In this document: piece after piece, positions 8,331 through 18,713 of the stretch
How the letters are laid out: each line of letters begins with the position of its first letter
How positions within the stretch are numbered: position 1 is the stretch's first letter
Source: Candidatus Latescibacterota bacterium
GTDB taxonomy: Bacteria > Latescibacterota > UBA2968 > GCA-2709665
Direction: 5' to 3'
Length of the DNA stretch: 64,000 bases
Assembly (NCBI GenBank): GCA_965237675.1
Contig: OZ250150.1
Span: 416,001 to 480,000 of the forward strand
Notes under the pieces: model-generated
What the model was told of the DNA's origin: nothing
Databases searched by the model: none
Seen by the model: only the letters and a program-made list of their open reading frames with translations
Position numbers and translations under genes: made by a program

Positions 8331-10343
8331 GTGGAAGGCTCTCAAGCCCGAAGCCTGCGGAATCGGGCCGACCCACAACAACGCGCGTCTTCGGAGAATC
8401 TTCCTGCGTCTTCACAGGACGGTCTGACGTTGCGGGCTTTCCTGATCGGGCTCGTCCTTTGCGTGTTCCTTGGTGTCGCGCTGACGCACAACCGTATGGT
8501 CGTCCAGGGGCCCTTCATGGGCAGTTACTTTATGGACCGGGGCGTGCTGTTCGTTTTCTTCGTCCTTGTTCTGGCCGTAAACCCTCTGGCGGCGGCCCTG
8601 AAGCGCCGATATGCACTGGGGCGGGGCGAGTTGTTGGCCATCTATGTCATGTTGCTGTTTCTGATGCCGGCATGGAAAATGACCAAGGCCCTGCTGGGCT
8701 TTATGACGGGCGTGACCTACTATGCCTCGCCGGAAATGCGGCACCTGGAAGCGGTGTTGCCCTACGCCCTTCCCTGGCTGTCGATACTGGATACGCATGC
8801 GGTAAGGGGGCTGTACGACGGTCTTCCCGCCGGCGACCCGGTGCCCTGGTTGACGTGGGTGGTTCCCATGTGGAGCTGGGGGTCGTTCCTGGTGGTGTTG
8901 TACGTCGTTCTCGTCTGCCTGGCGGTTCTGATGAGAAAGCAGTGGGAGGAACACGAACGATTTGCGTTTCCCATCATGCAGGTGCCGCTGGAGATGAGCG
9001 AGGCGGGCGCGCGAAAGGTGGGACCCCTGTTCCGCAACAGGATGATGTGGGGGGGATTCGCGGTTCCATTTCTGATCGGATTGTTGAACGGGCTTCAGAG
9101 GTACTACTACTCCCTGCCCCGCATTCCGCTGAGAACGGTGATCTGGATCTTCCGCCGCGCGATTCCCTTGCATATCGGCCTTCATTTTGCGATCCTTGGG
9201 TACTCGTATTTCGTGAATACGGACGTGAGTCTGAGCATCTGGCTGTTCAACGTGATCGCCAAGTGCGTCAGCGGAATTCTGGCCATCGTGGGGGCGGAAA
9301 CATACGGCGTTTCCGGGGTGGTGGGCCGGCACAGTTCCCAGGGATCGGAATTCCTGGCGATGATGGGCATGGGCTACATGCTCGCCCTTGCAGGGTACAG
9401 TCTGTGGATCGCGAGGGGGCACCTGCGGGAAGTGTGGGCCAGGGCGATGGGCCGCCCGTCACGCCTGGACGATTCGGACGAGGTTATCCCCTACCGGTCG
9501 GCCGTGGCGGGCATCGTTGCGGGGACCCTGTATCTGGGATGCTGGCTCTACCAGGCAGGCATCTCTCCCCATCTCGTCCTGCTGCTGGGCTTTTTCTGTT
9601 TTGTCGTCTTTCTGGTTCTTGCCCGAATCGTGAGCGAGACCGGTTATTCGGTTACCTACGCCCCGCTGAACCCCTCGGAGTTCGTGGTGTGTGCGGTCGG
9701 TTCCGCGGCGTTCAGCCCAACTGGCCTCACGACCCTCGGCGTCAGTTTCGCCTGGACGATGACCCGGCTGAATACGCTGATGCCCCGGGCCTCGGGCGCG
9801 CTGAGACTCGCACGGGAGATCGGACGCAAGCGGGGGCTGGTCCTGGCGATGGGCGCCGCGCTGGCGGCGGGCCTTGTCGCGGCGAGCTATACGACGCTTC
9901 AACTGGGATACGAGCACGGCGGCCGCAACCTGGATTATTGGTTCAGGGACGTAAACGATTGCGCGCTGCCGTTCGACGAATACATCGGACGCCGGTTGCT
10001 CTCACCGACTCCGATCTTCTACCCCGGATTTCTTTACACGGCGCTGGGGGCCGCCGTTGTCGTCGTTCTGATGTCGCTCCGGTCGCGGCTCCCGTGGTGG
10101 CCGCTGCACCCGGTGGCGCTGCCGGTGAGTACGATCGCGTATACGCACAATTACTTCTTCAGCGTATTTCTCGCCTGGGGAATCAAGGCGCTCGTGCTGC
10201 GGTATGGAGGGGCCAACCTGTACAGGATGACCAGACCGTTTTTCATGGGAATCATCCTGGGTGAGGCGGTCTGCCTGGGGATGTGGATCGTCATCGACAG
10301 CGTAACCGGGAAAGTGGGCGGGATCTGGATCCTGCAACCCTGA
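8331..10343 (+). CDS. Polytopic membrane protein, putative transporter (DUF6785/DUF6784-like)
   Basis: About 15 hydrophobic segments; motifs LRAFLIG, RKQWEEHERFAFPI, WWPLHPV, PFFMGIILGE. Confidence 0.7.
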   Translation: MEGSQARSLRNRADPQQRASSENLPASSQDGLTLRAFLIGLVLCVFLGVALTHNRMVVQGPFMGSYFMDRGVLFVFFVLVLAVNPLAAALKRRYALGRGELLAIYVMLLFLMPAWKMTKALLGFMTGVTYYASPEMRHLEAVLPYALPWLSILDTHAVRGLYDGLPAGDPVPWLTWVVPMWSWGSFLVVLYVVLVCLAVLMRKQWEEHERFAFPIMQVPLEMSEAGARKVGPLFRNRMMWGGFAVPFLIGLLNGLQRYYYSLPRIPLRTVIWIFRRAIPLHIGLHFAILGYSYFVNTDVSLSIWLFNVIAKCVSGILAIVGAETYGVSGVVGRHSSQGSEFLAMMGMGYMLALAGYSLWIARGHLREVWARAMGRPSRLDDSDEVIPYRSAVAGIVAGTLYLGCWLYQAGISPHLVLLLGFFCFVVFLVLARIVSETGYSVTYAPLNPSEFVVCAVGSAAFSPTGLTTLGVSFAWTMTRLNTLMPRASGALRLAREIGRKRGLVLAMGAALAAGLVAASYTTLQLGYEHGGRNLDYWFRDVNDCALPFDEYIGRRLLSPTPIFYPGFLYTALGAAVVVVLMSLRSRLPWWPLHPVALPVSTIAYTHNYFFSVFLAWGIKALVLRYGGANLYRMTRPFFMGIILGEAVCLGMWIVIDSVTGKVGGIWILQP

Positions 10344-10502
10344 GCGGGCGTCGGGCGGGCGTGGAACGACCGGGACGTGGAGGTGGATCGGATTAAGTTG
10401 CGTTTTCGGCTGTATGGCCGCGCCAGGCTATACAGTTTTGCGTTCCAGGCTTCGAATGAGGCTAAGTGAGGACGATCAACCCACAAAAAGAGAGTTGAAG
10501 AC

Positions 10503-11336
10503 ATGGAAGCGGGAACTGAATTGGACGACCAGATGCAAAGCGAACTGAATCAGATGCGCGTCAACGGCTGGTGTGTCGTCAGGAACGTCGTCCACCAGGA
10601 TCGGGTCGCGGCCGTGAGAAAGAGCGTTATGGATGCCGTTCATCGGCACGCGAATGCCGACACTCTCGATGACAAGGGCATCGGCCACGTCTCCGGATTC
10701 GTAGCCCGCGAGCAGTCGTTCGCGCCCTATGTGGCGGATTCCCGGGTCATGGGTGTCGTCAAGGGAATGTTAGGCGACCACGCCCGGATCTCTTTCACGA
10801 CGGCGACGGTGAATTTCCCCGGAAACCCGCGCGGCGTGTGGCACGCCGACTGGCCCTTCAACCAGAACAACGCCGGGCATATCACGGCACCTTATCCCGA
10901 TGTGGTGATGCACCTCACCACGCTATGGATGCTCTCCCCCTTCAGTGCGGAAAACGGCGGAACGCTCATTCTCCCCGGCAGCCACCGTTCGAATAACAAT
11001 CCAAGCGGGGAGAACGGATTCGATCCGCTCGGCACGATTCCCGGGGAGTGCAACGCGGAAGGCGACGCGGGAAGCGTGCTGATGCTGGACAGCCGGCTCT
11101 GGCATGCCACGGCGCCGAACCGCTCCGACGCGCCGCGTGTGTCGGTCGTCATTCGCTATGCGCCCTGGTGGCTCAATACCGATGTCCTGATGCCCGGGTC
11201 CGAGGAGCGGGCCCGGATGTTGGAAGCAACCGGGCTGAAGGCGCCCGAGGTCCCGCCCGTTCCCCGGGACGTCTACGATACCATGCCCGAGCGGGTGAAG
11301 CCCCTCTTCCGTCACTGGGTAAGAGCAGAGAACTGA
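10503..11336 (+). CDS. Phytanoyl-CoA dioxygenase (PhyH) family Fe/2OG oxygenase, canonical HxD
   Basis: NGWCVVRNV, WHADWP, NGGTLILPGSH, AGSVLMLDSRLWHATAPN..R. Confidence 0.88.
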   Translation: MEAGTELDDQMQSELNQMRVNGWCVVRNVVHQDRVAAVRKSVMDAVHRHANADTLDDKGIGHVSGFVAREQSFAPYVADSRVMGVVKGMLGDHARISFTTATVNFPGNPRGVWHADWPFNQNNAGHITAPYPDVVMHLTTLWMLSPFSAENGGTLILPGSHRSNNNPSGENGFDPLGTIPGECNAEGDAGSVLMLDSRLWHATAPNRSDAPRVSVVIRYAPWWLNTDVLMPGSEERARMLEATGLKAPEVPPVPRDVYDTMPERVKPLFRHWVRAEN

Positions 11337-11377
11337 CGAAGACCGGCCAGAGGCTCAATGACGTTCGCTGCGTGCGT

Positions 11378-11574
11378 TGAGCCTGTCGAAACGCCGTCAT
11401 TGAGCTTGTCGAAGTGCCCACGTTTCGCTATCCTTCGAGACCCTTCGCCGACCCTTCGACAGGCTCAGGGAGCGGCTCAGGGTGCAGGCGCGATGGCGGT
11501 TGTGGTGGCGCTGCCTGTGCTGCCCGCACTGTTTACGCTGCCTGTGCTGAGCCTGTCGAAGCAAGCTTGTCGAA
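11378..11574. repeat. Cluster of REP-like TGAGCYTGTCGAA units in both orientations
   Basis: Units at 11378, 11401, 11548 and 11563 (partial); inverted TTCGACAGGCTCA at 11455; near-identical block at 25006-25077. Confidence 0.7.
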
Positions 11575-11605
11575 ACATGTCAATCTTCTTTGGAGGTGCA
11601 CCGAA

Positions 11606-12559
11606 ATGGGAGAGACAGCAACAAAAACCAGGTATACCGCGCCGAATCCCGGATTCGGGTTCTCGGACGTGGCGCAGGCCGAACCCGAATATCCATTCCC
11701 GGCCCTGACGCTGGAACAGCGGATGCGGTTCGAGCTTTTCGGGTATACCATTGTGGAGGATCTGTTTACCGAGCAGGAGTTGCAGGCCATAGAAGCGGCA
11801 GCCAGGAGCGCCAGAGCCGAAATTCTGGAAGCAGTAGGCGACAACGAGATAACGCCACCTCCGCCGCCAAAAAAATACGAAGACTTCAGGGACGGGTCGA
11901 TCTGGCGGGCCAATCGAAGGAGGACGGCTTCGGGTGACTTGCACATCGAACGTCTGGAAATTGAGAACGTGCTGGGGCTGGACCCCATTTACCTGTCCGT
12001 GCTGACCAAACCGCGCGTCCTGGGGGTCGCGACCGAACTGCTGGGCGGGACCTTCCGGTTCCACCAGGTCGCCGTCCGCTTCAACCGGCGCTCCGAAACG
12101 CCCGTCCTGGGATGGCATGGCGGGGTGACCCGGCACAAAGACCGTGCGGTGTGCAAGAACGGGTGGTTCCATACGCAAATCCTCGGCTTGATTCTCTACC
12201 TCACGGACGTGTGGCCCGGTGACGGCGGTACCGGGATCTTTGCGGGAAGTCACAGACTCGACCTTTCCTATGACGACCTGAAGCAGTACATCACAGATCA
12301 TCCGGATTCCGAGTTCTTCCACCAGACCACGGCGAAGCGGGGGTCGGCTCTGCTGTTCGCCGACGGGCCCCTCATGCACCGGACCATCAACATCGAAACG
12401 GATAAGGAAAGGCTCATCATGCTCTCGCGGCTGGTCCATTCAGACTACGAGTTCGGCCGCATGGAGTCGCTCGGGCGGACCGACCACGTACCGCATGAGC
12501 TTATGCCGCTTTTCTACGGCCGGGCGTTTACGCCGAGATATCGACCCCGAGGGGAATAA
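11606..12559 (+). CDS. PhyH-family Fe/2OG oxygenase with HxG motif
   Basis: RBS GGAGG then ATG at 11606; FELFGYTIVEDL, LGWHGG, YLTDV..GGTGIFAGSH, GSALLFADGPLMHRT..ER. Confidence 0.8.
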   Translation: MGETATKTRYTAPNPGFGFSDVAQAEPEYPFPALTLEQRMRFELFGYTIVEDLFTEQELQAIEAAARSARAEILEAVGDNEITPPPPPKKYEDFRDGSIWRANRRRTASGDLHIERLEIENVLGLDPIYLSVLTKPRVLGVATELLGGTFRFHQVAVRFNRRSETPVLGWHGGVTRHKDRAVCKNGWFHTQILGLILYLTDVWPGDGGTGIFAGSHRLDLSYDDLKQYITDHPDSEFFHQTTAKRGSALLFADGPLMHRTINIETDKERLIMLSRLVHSDYEFGRMESLGRTDHVPHELMPLFYGRAFTPRYRPRGE

Positions 12560-12577
12560 CACACGGAGGTAATACTG

Positions 12578-13855
12578 GTGGCAGCGAGTGTTCTCGAAGG
12601 GCCGAAGTGGTATTTGCCCCGAATCTGTGGGATCAATCCGACCGGTCCGCGGATTTCAGTCAAGGCCGGAGGCGCTGTGGACCTGCGCCTCGAGGTGGAG
12701 CCCTGTCAATGCCTCCCGACAGGCCAGGTCTGGCGGCGTCAGTCCGAGCCCATCCTGTCGGCCGCGACGACCCGTCAGGACTGGTGCCGCGTGCTCCTCT
12801 ACATGCCCTGCGTGCTGAGACTGGACGGCATCTACAAGATGTGGTACGTGGGCAGTTCCGACCACGCTCGCGGTCCTTCGTACATCCACCTCGGGTACGC
12901 CGTGTCGAGTGATGGATTGAACTGGGAGGCATATCCCGACAATCCGATCGTGACCGACCAGGCGATACCCTGGGGCTGGCGTTTCCAGTCGCCCTGCGTG
13001 CTTTACGATCTGCAGGATAAGATCTACAAGATGTGGTTTACGGCGGTGGATGAGAGCGACCGGGAGGGCAGTCCGTGGTTGAACCAGCGGGTGGGATACG
13101 GCGAAAGTCCGGACGGGATATCGTGGACGTTCCGTGAGAAGCCGGTGTTGCGCACGGGGCGGCGTCCATACGTGATGAAACAGGATGGTGGGACGTACAG
13201 AATGTGGGTTAACGCCCCGTCTGCGGACACCCCGGGTTTGCAGATGACCGAAAACATCGTTTCCGCCCGTTCCGAGGACGGCCTGCATTGGAAAACGGAA
13301 GGAGACGCGGTCCGGTACGGCGGGATCTATCGCTCCTGCGTTTATCCTTTCGTCATGCGCGACCGGGGCGAACTGGCGATGTGGTTCGGCGGTCACCGGG
13401 CGGGCGGCGCTTTCGATATTTCGTTCGGACGCACGCACGACGGCAGCACCTGGTACTACCAGAACGACGTGCCGATTTTTCCGTCGAACCCGCGCAGGGA
13501 AGCGTTTGACGGCCGGTACACGTCCACACCGCACGTGTTGAAGCTGCCGGGCAGATACCTGATGTACTATTCCGCGCGGGACCTGGACGACGGCTGGTTC
13601 GCGCCCGACGGCTCGCGTCAGCACGACAGCGCGGGGGTGTATCGCCACATCGGGTGCGCCGAATTACCCGTCGACGAAATAGAAGATCCCGGACTCCGGT
13701 TTTCGTGGACATCGGACGGCAGGACGATGCCCGGAAACGGCAGTTCTTTGCGGTTTGAGGCAGACAGGGCGGGCAGACATTCGGTCACCTGCCGCGTGGA
13801 GAATTCCAACGGTTCCGCGGCTTACACATGGGAAATGGATGCAGAAGATGGATAG
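12578..13855 (+). CDS. Beta-propeller glycosidase-like protein with Ig-like flanking segments
   Basis: Paralogue of 7268-8290 (TTRQDW.RV.LY.P, DGRYTSTP, YYSARD, GVYRHIG); RBS GGAGG. Confidence 0.75.
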   Translation: MAASVLEGPKWYLPRICGINPTGPRISVKAGGAVDLRLEVEPCQCLPTGQVWRRQSEPILSAATTRQDWCRVLLYMPCVLRLDGIYKMWYVGSSDHARGPSYIHLGYAVSSDGLNWEAYPDNPIVTDQAIPWGWRFQSPCVLYDLQDKIYKMWFTAVDESDREGSPWLNQRVGYGESPDGISWTFREKPVLRTGRRPYVMKQDGGTYRMWVNAPSADTPGLQMTENIVSARSEDGLHWKTEGDAVRYGGIYRSCVYPFVMRDRGELAMWFGGHRAGGAFDISFGRTHDGSTWYYQNDVPIFPSNPRREAFDGRYTSTPHVLKLPGRYLMYYSARDLDDGWFAPDGSRQHDSAGVYRHIGCAELPVDEIEDPGLRFSWTSDGRTMPGNGSSLRFEADRAGRHSVTCRVENSNGSAAYTWEMDAEDG

Positions 13856-15722
13856 ACACGTAATCCTGGCTGCGGGCCGCCGCGCACGATGCGCGGTGGA
13901 GGTGCCCGCGAAACCGGAACCCGGCGAAAAGACGGCCGGGGAAGAACTCGCTCGCTACCTGGGTAAGCTGGCCGGCGTTCCAATCGGCCTTCTTCAGGGC
14001 GAGAAAAGCCGCGCACCCGTAAGGATCCTGGTGGGGTCCAGAGCCAGGGAGGTGGTGGACGACCTGCCGCTGGATGCGGTTCGGGATGACGGGTTTGTGC
14101 TGCGGGTCTCGCCGGACCGGATTGCCTTGGCCGGCGCCAACGCCCGGGGCACGCTGTACGCCGCGTATGAACTGATCGAGCGGTTGGGGGTGCGGTGGTA
14201 CGGGCCGGGTCCGGAGGGTGAGTATGTGCCGGCGGCGGGGGACATGGTGATTCCCGAGGGTGTGGCGGTGATCAACCCGTCCTTCCGGTTCCGATTCCTG
14301 CGTGCCATCTTTGCCGCGATGGTCGGGCTGGGCAAGTCGGGAATGTGGCAGCCCTTTTCGCCGCCCCGGAAGGAGCAGCTGCTGGACTGGGGCGTGAAGA
14401 ACCGGCTGAACGCGGGTTTCTGGCCATTTGACGATCCGGACGTCACCACGTTCTTCGCCCGGCGCGGCGGCGTGGCGTGTGTGGACCACGCTCACGCCCT
14501 TCCTTACATGATCCCGCCTGGCCAATACTGGGAGTCGCACCCGGAATACTTCGCCGTCGACGAACAAGGCGAGTTGTTCGAGAGGCGGGCGAACGAGTAC
14601 GGGATACACGTGTGCACGTCAAATCCCGATGTCCTGGACCTGGTGGTCCGGAAGGCCCTCGAGACGATGGAACGCGACCCGGATGCGGGCTTCGTGAGCA
14701 TTACCCAGGCGGACGGCCAGTTCCATTGCCGGTGCCCGGCCTGCCTGTCGAAGTGCAACCAGGGATCTCTGGTATTTCTGGGCGACGAGCAGATCATCCG
14801 GACCGATTGTACGGTGGACTTCGCCAACCGGGTGGCGGAACGGTTCTGCGAGCGATGGCCGGGCCGGAACCTGATGATCCTGGGTCATCATCAGACGATT
14901 CCGCCGCCGACGATTGCCGTGCACCCGAACGTGATGGTCAAGCTGGCCTGTTCGCCGCACGGGTTCGTGTCGTTCAACCGGCCCCTCGAGGATCCCGCGG
15001 GGAACCACTTTATCTTCCAGAGGGCCGTGGAGGGATGGGCCGCCACGGGTACGCCGCTGGCGTATTACGGTTATAACCCCCACAGTTCGTTTGCCCACGC
15101 CCCCTTTTCGGCGGGCCGGAGGTTTCACAGCGATATCAGATGGCTGCACCGGCACGGCTTCGTGGGCGCCGAGTTTCAGGGTGAGGGTACGCTCTGGGGG
15201 TTCTACGGGCTCAATCACGTGATCCAGGCCCGCACATTGTGGGACATCGACGTGGATTTCGACCGTCTTCAGGAGGACTACTTCCGCTGTCTGTTCGGTG
15301 CCGCGGCCGAACCCGTGAAGGCGCTGCACGAGGCGTTCGAGCGGGCGGTGGTGGAACACGAACCCATGATGAAGGGCCTCGGCGCCTTCCTTTCGCCGGA
15401 GGTGATCGCCAGGGGAAGAGATCTGATTCGCGAGGGTCGCGACGCGGAAACGTCTGATGACGTCCAGGGCCGCCTGAACGTCCTGGCCGCCCAGGTTGAA
15501 TATGGGGACCGGCTGATGGGCGCCAGACGAACCGCGGAGACGTACCACCTGACGCGGGAACGGGACCATTTGAAGCGGCTGGTCCGCGAACGGGACGCGA
15601 TTGTAAGCTACATCGAAGCGAATCCCGTGGACGGCGCCTATCACCTGGGCGGCATCGGAGGGCAACGAGGGAATATAAACGGGTTCCTGCTGGGCCATCT
15701 GTGGGGAATCGACAAGATTTAA
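13848..15722 (+). CDS. DUF4838-like putative glycoside hydrolase with GH67/GH20-type N-terminal domain
   Basis: AGEELARYL, DDGFVLR..GANARGTLYAAYELIERLGVRWYGP, PSFRFR, HPEYFA, CTSNPDV, D..FHCRCPAC; start overlaps the upstream gene end. Confidence 0.75.
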   Translation: MDRHVILAAGRRARCAVEVPAKPEPGEKTAGEELARYLGKLAGVPIGLLQGEKSRAPVRILVGSRAREVVDDLPLDAVRDDGFVLRVSPDRIALAGANARGTLYAAYELIERLGVRWYGPGPEGEYVPAAGDMVIPEGVAVINPSFRFRFLRAIFAAMVGLGKSGMWQPFSPPRKEQLLDWGVKNRLNAGFWPFDDPDVTTFFARRGGVACVDHAHALPYMIPPGQYWESHPEYFAVDEQGELFERRANEYGIHVCTSNPDVLDLVVRKALETMERDPDAGFVSITQADGQFHCRCPACLSKCNQGSLVFLGDEQIIRTDCTVDFANRVAERFCERWPGRNLMILGHHQTIPPPTIAVHPNVMVKLACSPHGFVSFNRPLEDPAGNHFIFQRAVEGWAATGTPLAYYGYNPHSSFAHAPFSAGRRFHSDIRWLHRHGFVGAEFQGEGTLWGFYGLNHVIQARTLWDIDVDFDRLQEDYFRCLFGAAAEPVKALHEAFERAVVEHEPMMKGLGAFLSPEVIARGRDLIREGRDAETSDDVQGRLNVLAAQVEYGDRLMGARRTAETYHLTRERDHLKRLVRERDAIVSYIEANPVDGAYHLGGIGGQRGNINGFLLGHLWGIDKI

Positions 15723-15877
15723 CCATGATTCGTCGTTTTTCGGGGACGTTAAATCGTATATATGCAAGTTAATAAAGGCGATTAAACTGCGGATTACCAG
15801 GATACACCAGGTCACTGGATGTGAACGAAAAAAATGTCCTTATGAACGACCTCAATACCCCGTTTTGCACCGGTACC

Positions 15878-15904
15878 TTCTGTGCCTTTTGTGCTTTTTG
15901 TGGC
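15878..15904. repeat. Short REP-like tandem motif
   Basis: TTCTGTGCCTTTTGTGCTTTTTGTGGC, three TTGTGC-type units. Confidence 0.35.
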
Positions 15905-15979
15905 CAATTTGACTGTTGTCTTTTTTCGAATTGAGGTTAAGCAGCCTGGCGCGGCTTCGCATCCCTCAACCGCAACCGA

Positions 15980-16306
15980 TCATGTGCCGCCTGCCAGCCG
16001 CGCACTCACAAGCCGGTTCACGCTCACGCCCTGTTCCGCCGCTTCGATAACCAGGGCACGGTGTGATTCCGGCGGCAAACGCACCAGGAATTTACCGCTA
16101 TAGGTTCGGTCGGCCAATGGCACCGGTACGGGTTCGCCGGCGGCGCGCATGTCGCCTACACACTCCCGTACCAGCCGCTGAATGCCGGACAGTGCCTCGT
16201 CGGGTGACGGCGCCAGCCAGCTCAGCGATGGGAATTCCGCGCAAAGACCCACATGTTCTTTGTCTTCGGCGGACCACGTGATGCGGTAGGTGTAATGGTC
16301 AGTCAT
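15980..16306 (-). CDS. hicB: HicB-family antitoxin
   Basis: YTYRITWSAED.EHVGLCAEFPSLSW..ALSGI, YSGKFLVRLPPE.HR.L..EAAEQGVSVN (RHH). Confidence 0.88.
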   Translation of the reverse strand: MTDHYTYRITWSAEDKEHVGLCAEFPSLSWLAPSPDEALSGIQRLVRECVGDMRAAGEPVPVPLADRTYSGKFLVRLPPESHRALVIEAAEQGVSVNRLVSARLAGGT

Positions 16307-16551
16307 TCTGTCGCTTCCATTTTCTCGATTGCCTTGATCGCCTGGCGGACTTGATATGCCTTCGCCATGCCCTTGTCATTCTGTATGTTCACGCGTGGAT
16401 CGCCTGGCCACGGCGTTCGGTAAACCCGATGACTGGTGCCCTTCTGGCGCGGTTCCCCGAAATAGGCGTCACAAATCCTGGCAAGATCCGCAAATCGAAC
16501 TCCCGTGGGATTGTAGCGTAGTGCTTTGAGGATTTCCGCCGCGCTTGCCAT
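16303..16551 (-). CDS. hicA: HicA-like toxin
   Basis: NPTGVRFADL..FGEPRQKGTSHRVYRTPW.GDPRVNIQ..GMAKAYQVRQ; 4-bp overlap with hicB. Confidence 0.82.
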   Translation of the reverse strand: MASAAEILKALRYNPTGVRFADLARICDAYFGEPRQKGTSHRVYRTPWPGDPRVNIQNDKGMAKAYQVRQAIKAIEKMEATE

Positions 16552-16556
16552 GAAAT

Positions 16557-16585
16557 ATGGTATCAATAATGATACTATTTGTAAA
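16557..16585 (-). promoter_or_regulatory. hicAB promoter with overlapping operator
   Basis: Minus strand TTTACA-17bp-TACCAT, 5 nt before the ATG; palindrome GTATCA-ATAA-TGATAC. Confidence 0.6.
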
Positions 16586-16728
16586 GTAGAAACCATTCCG
16601 GTCTGGAACGACGGGCGATGTGGAACCCACTCTCAATCTGCTTAGCGTGACACGAGCGACAACGTCATTAGGCTACGAGCGGTCAAAGGTCGCCTGCGTT
16701 CATTTCCCCCTGCAAAAAAGGTACCTGC

Positions 16729-18546
16729 ATGGAACAACCCATCCTGATTCTTCGTCCGGACAGCGATCCGTCGGAAGGCCTCTGCGCCGAGGTGCTCCGG
16801 TGCGAGGGATTTCCCTGGCTTGAAGAGCGGCCCGCTGGCGAATTCGACGGTGTACCGCCGGGCGTGAGCGTGGTGATTCTGGCTGGCTCGGGCGTCAGCC
16901 GAAACACCGCCGAGCGGCTGGCAGGGGCAGTTTCCGAGGGTGTGTCGCTGATCGCGACGGCGCCTGACCCGGCCCTCGCGGCCGCGTTCGACGTCGCTGT
17001 CTCCATCGCTGTTCCCGACGCTCACCTTTCTGTAGAATCCCTTTATGGCTGGGAGCATGGGGAGGTGCCGCTGCTTTGTCCCGACGATACCGCGCGTCCC
17101 CTTCATGGGGGACAGGAAGTGGCGGCGCTGCGGACGGTTGACGGCGAGCGATGTGGATCGGGAATCGTATCCGCCCGTCTGGGTGAAGGTACGGCCTGGA
17201 TCTACGGATATGACCTCTGCCGAACCGTGGCCACGCTGCGTCACGGCACGGGAGACGTGCGCGAAAGGCCGGCGAAGGATATGGGCCCGCTCACGGGGCC
17301 CCGGCATATCTACGGTTTCTTCGACCTTTCCGACAAGCTGCCCCGGGACGTGCCGGTATGCGACCTTCACCAGGATATTCTCCGGACGCTTGTCCTGTCC
17401 GCGCTCTCCGATACCGTTCTTCCACGACTGTGGCACTTTCCGGACGGCGCCCCGGCGCTCTGGTTCGTAAAAGGGGACGGATGCGGAGAGTCCGGCGCCG
17501 ACGTTGAGGTGGAAGTCGTGGAGGAATACGGCGCCTATCTGACCTTCAACCGGCCGCCCGTGAGCCAGTACAGCGGGGACCTCATGAGAGATTGGCACGA
17601 ACGCGGACACGGCATCACCATAGAAGCGAGCCTGGACGACGTCACCCGGCCCACCGTCGAGCACTCGGGCAAGATGGTCAGACGGTCCCGGACCGCGGAG
17701 GACCTGAACGAAAACGCACTGCCCGATATTCGCGCCAACCTCGAGGCGCATCGTGACAGCTTTGTACGCGACACCGGCCTGGATATGGACACGATTTGCA
17801 TCCACGGATGCCAGTGGTCGGGGCATCCGATGGCGGAGATGGTCGTCGACCTGGGCTGGTATACACCCACCCATTTCATCTCGCACGATCCGCGCATGCG
17901 CCACGATGAGCGCTACGGGCCTTATATGATCTCCACCGCCCTGCCCCTCCGCTACTTCCAGCACGGCGTGGGGGTTCTCGACCTGTGGCATATGCCGGCG
18001 CAGTGGGACGAGAGTCAGACGCTTGGGGAACGGGATCCCGCGGATCCCAAATCGACGGGCAGGGTGGGCCTCTCGGCGGAGGCGTACGGCGAGGAACTCA
18101 CCCGGTTCGCCGAAGACGCGGCGCGGCGCTGGCACGGCTGCCAGATCGCCAATTTCCACCCGAGCTACGTCGCAATGCCCCAGGACCATCCCCGGGCGTC
18201 CCGCCTGGCGCTGGAAATAGGTCTCGAGGGCGCCCGGTCGGCGGGATGCCGGTTCGAGAACCAGGAGCGGTGGTCCCGGTTCTCCAGGGCCCGGGCGGAC
18301 GTGCGGCTTGTGGATCGGTGGAATGAGGGCGGGGCCGTTTTTCTGAAGATGGTCTCCCCCGGGGATCTGCATGGGCTCACGCTGCTGCTGCCCGACCCCG
18401 TTACCGGGGTCCGCGCCGCCGAGACGGGCGAGGTTCTGGAAGTGCGGGAGGCTGAGCTGGAGGGACAGAAACAGCGTTGTGTACATCTCGATCTCCTGTC
18501 GGGCACGCCGCGGACACTACGGTTGGCTCACGCGGAAACGGAGTGA
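16729..18546 (+). CDS. Hypothetical protein, possibly with a polysaccharide-deacetylase-like barrel
   Basis: 605-aa ORF with host-like codon usage; PRLWHFPDG..GDG, ERGHGI, ANFHP motifs. Confidence 0.55.
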   Translation: MEQPILILRPDSDPSEGLCAEVLRCEGFPWLEERPAGEFDGVPPGVSVVILAGSGVSRNTAERLAGAVSEGVSLIATAPDPALAAAFDVAVSIAVPDAHLSVESLYGWEHGEVPLLCPDDTARPLHGGQEVAALRTVDGERCGSGIVSARLGEGTAWIYGYDLCRTVATLRHGTGDVRERPAKDMGPLTGPRHIYGFFDLSDKLPRDVPVCDLHQDILRTLVLSALSDTVLPRLWHFPDGAPALWFVKGDGCGESGADVEVEVVEEYGAYLTFNRPPVSQYSGDLMRDWHERGHGITIEASLDDVTRPTVEHSGKMVRRSRTAEDLNENALPDIRANLEAHRDSFVRDTGLDMDTICIHGCQWSGHPMAEMVVDLGWYTPTHFISHDPRMRHDERYGPYMISTALPLRYFQHGVGVLDLWHMPAQWDESQTLGERDPADPKSTGRVGLSAEAYGEELTRFAEDAARRWHGCQIANFHPSYVAMPQDHPRASRLALEIGLEGARSAGCRFENQERWSRFSRARADVRLVDRWNEGGAVFLKMVSPGDLHGLTLLLPDPVTGVRAAETGEVLEVREAELEGQKQRCVHLDLLSGTPRTLRLAHAETE

Positions 18547-18713
18547 AGGGTTCCGGCGTCGGGGCCGGCCCGCAGCGCTGGATCGTCGCGAAACCGACGT
18601 CCCGGAGGATGCGGTCTCTCCTTGAGTCCTCCCCTTCCGGACAGCAGGCCGATGCGGCGCCCGGATATAATGCATCCGAACCCCGTGGAGTGATCGACCA
18701 AAAGGAGAATCCG

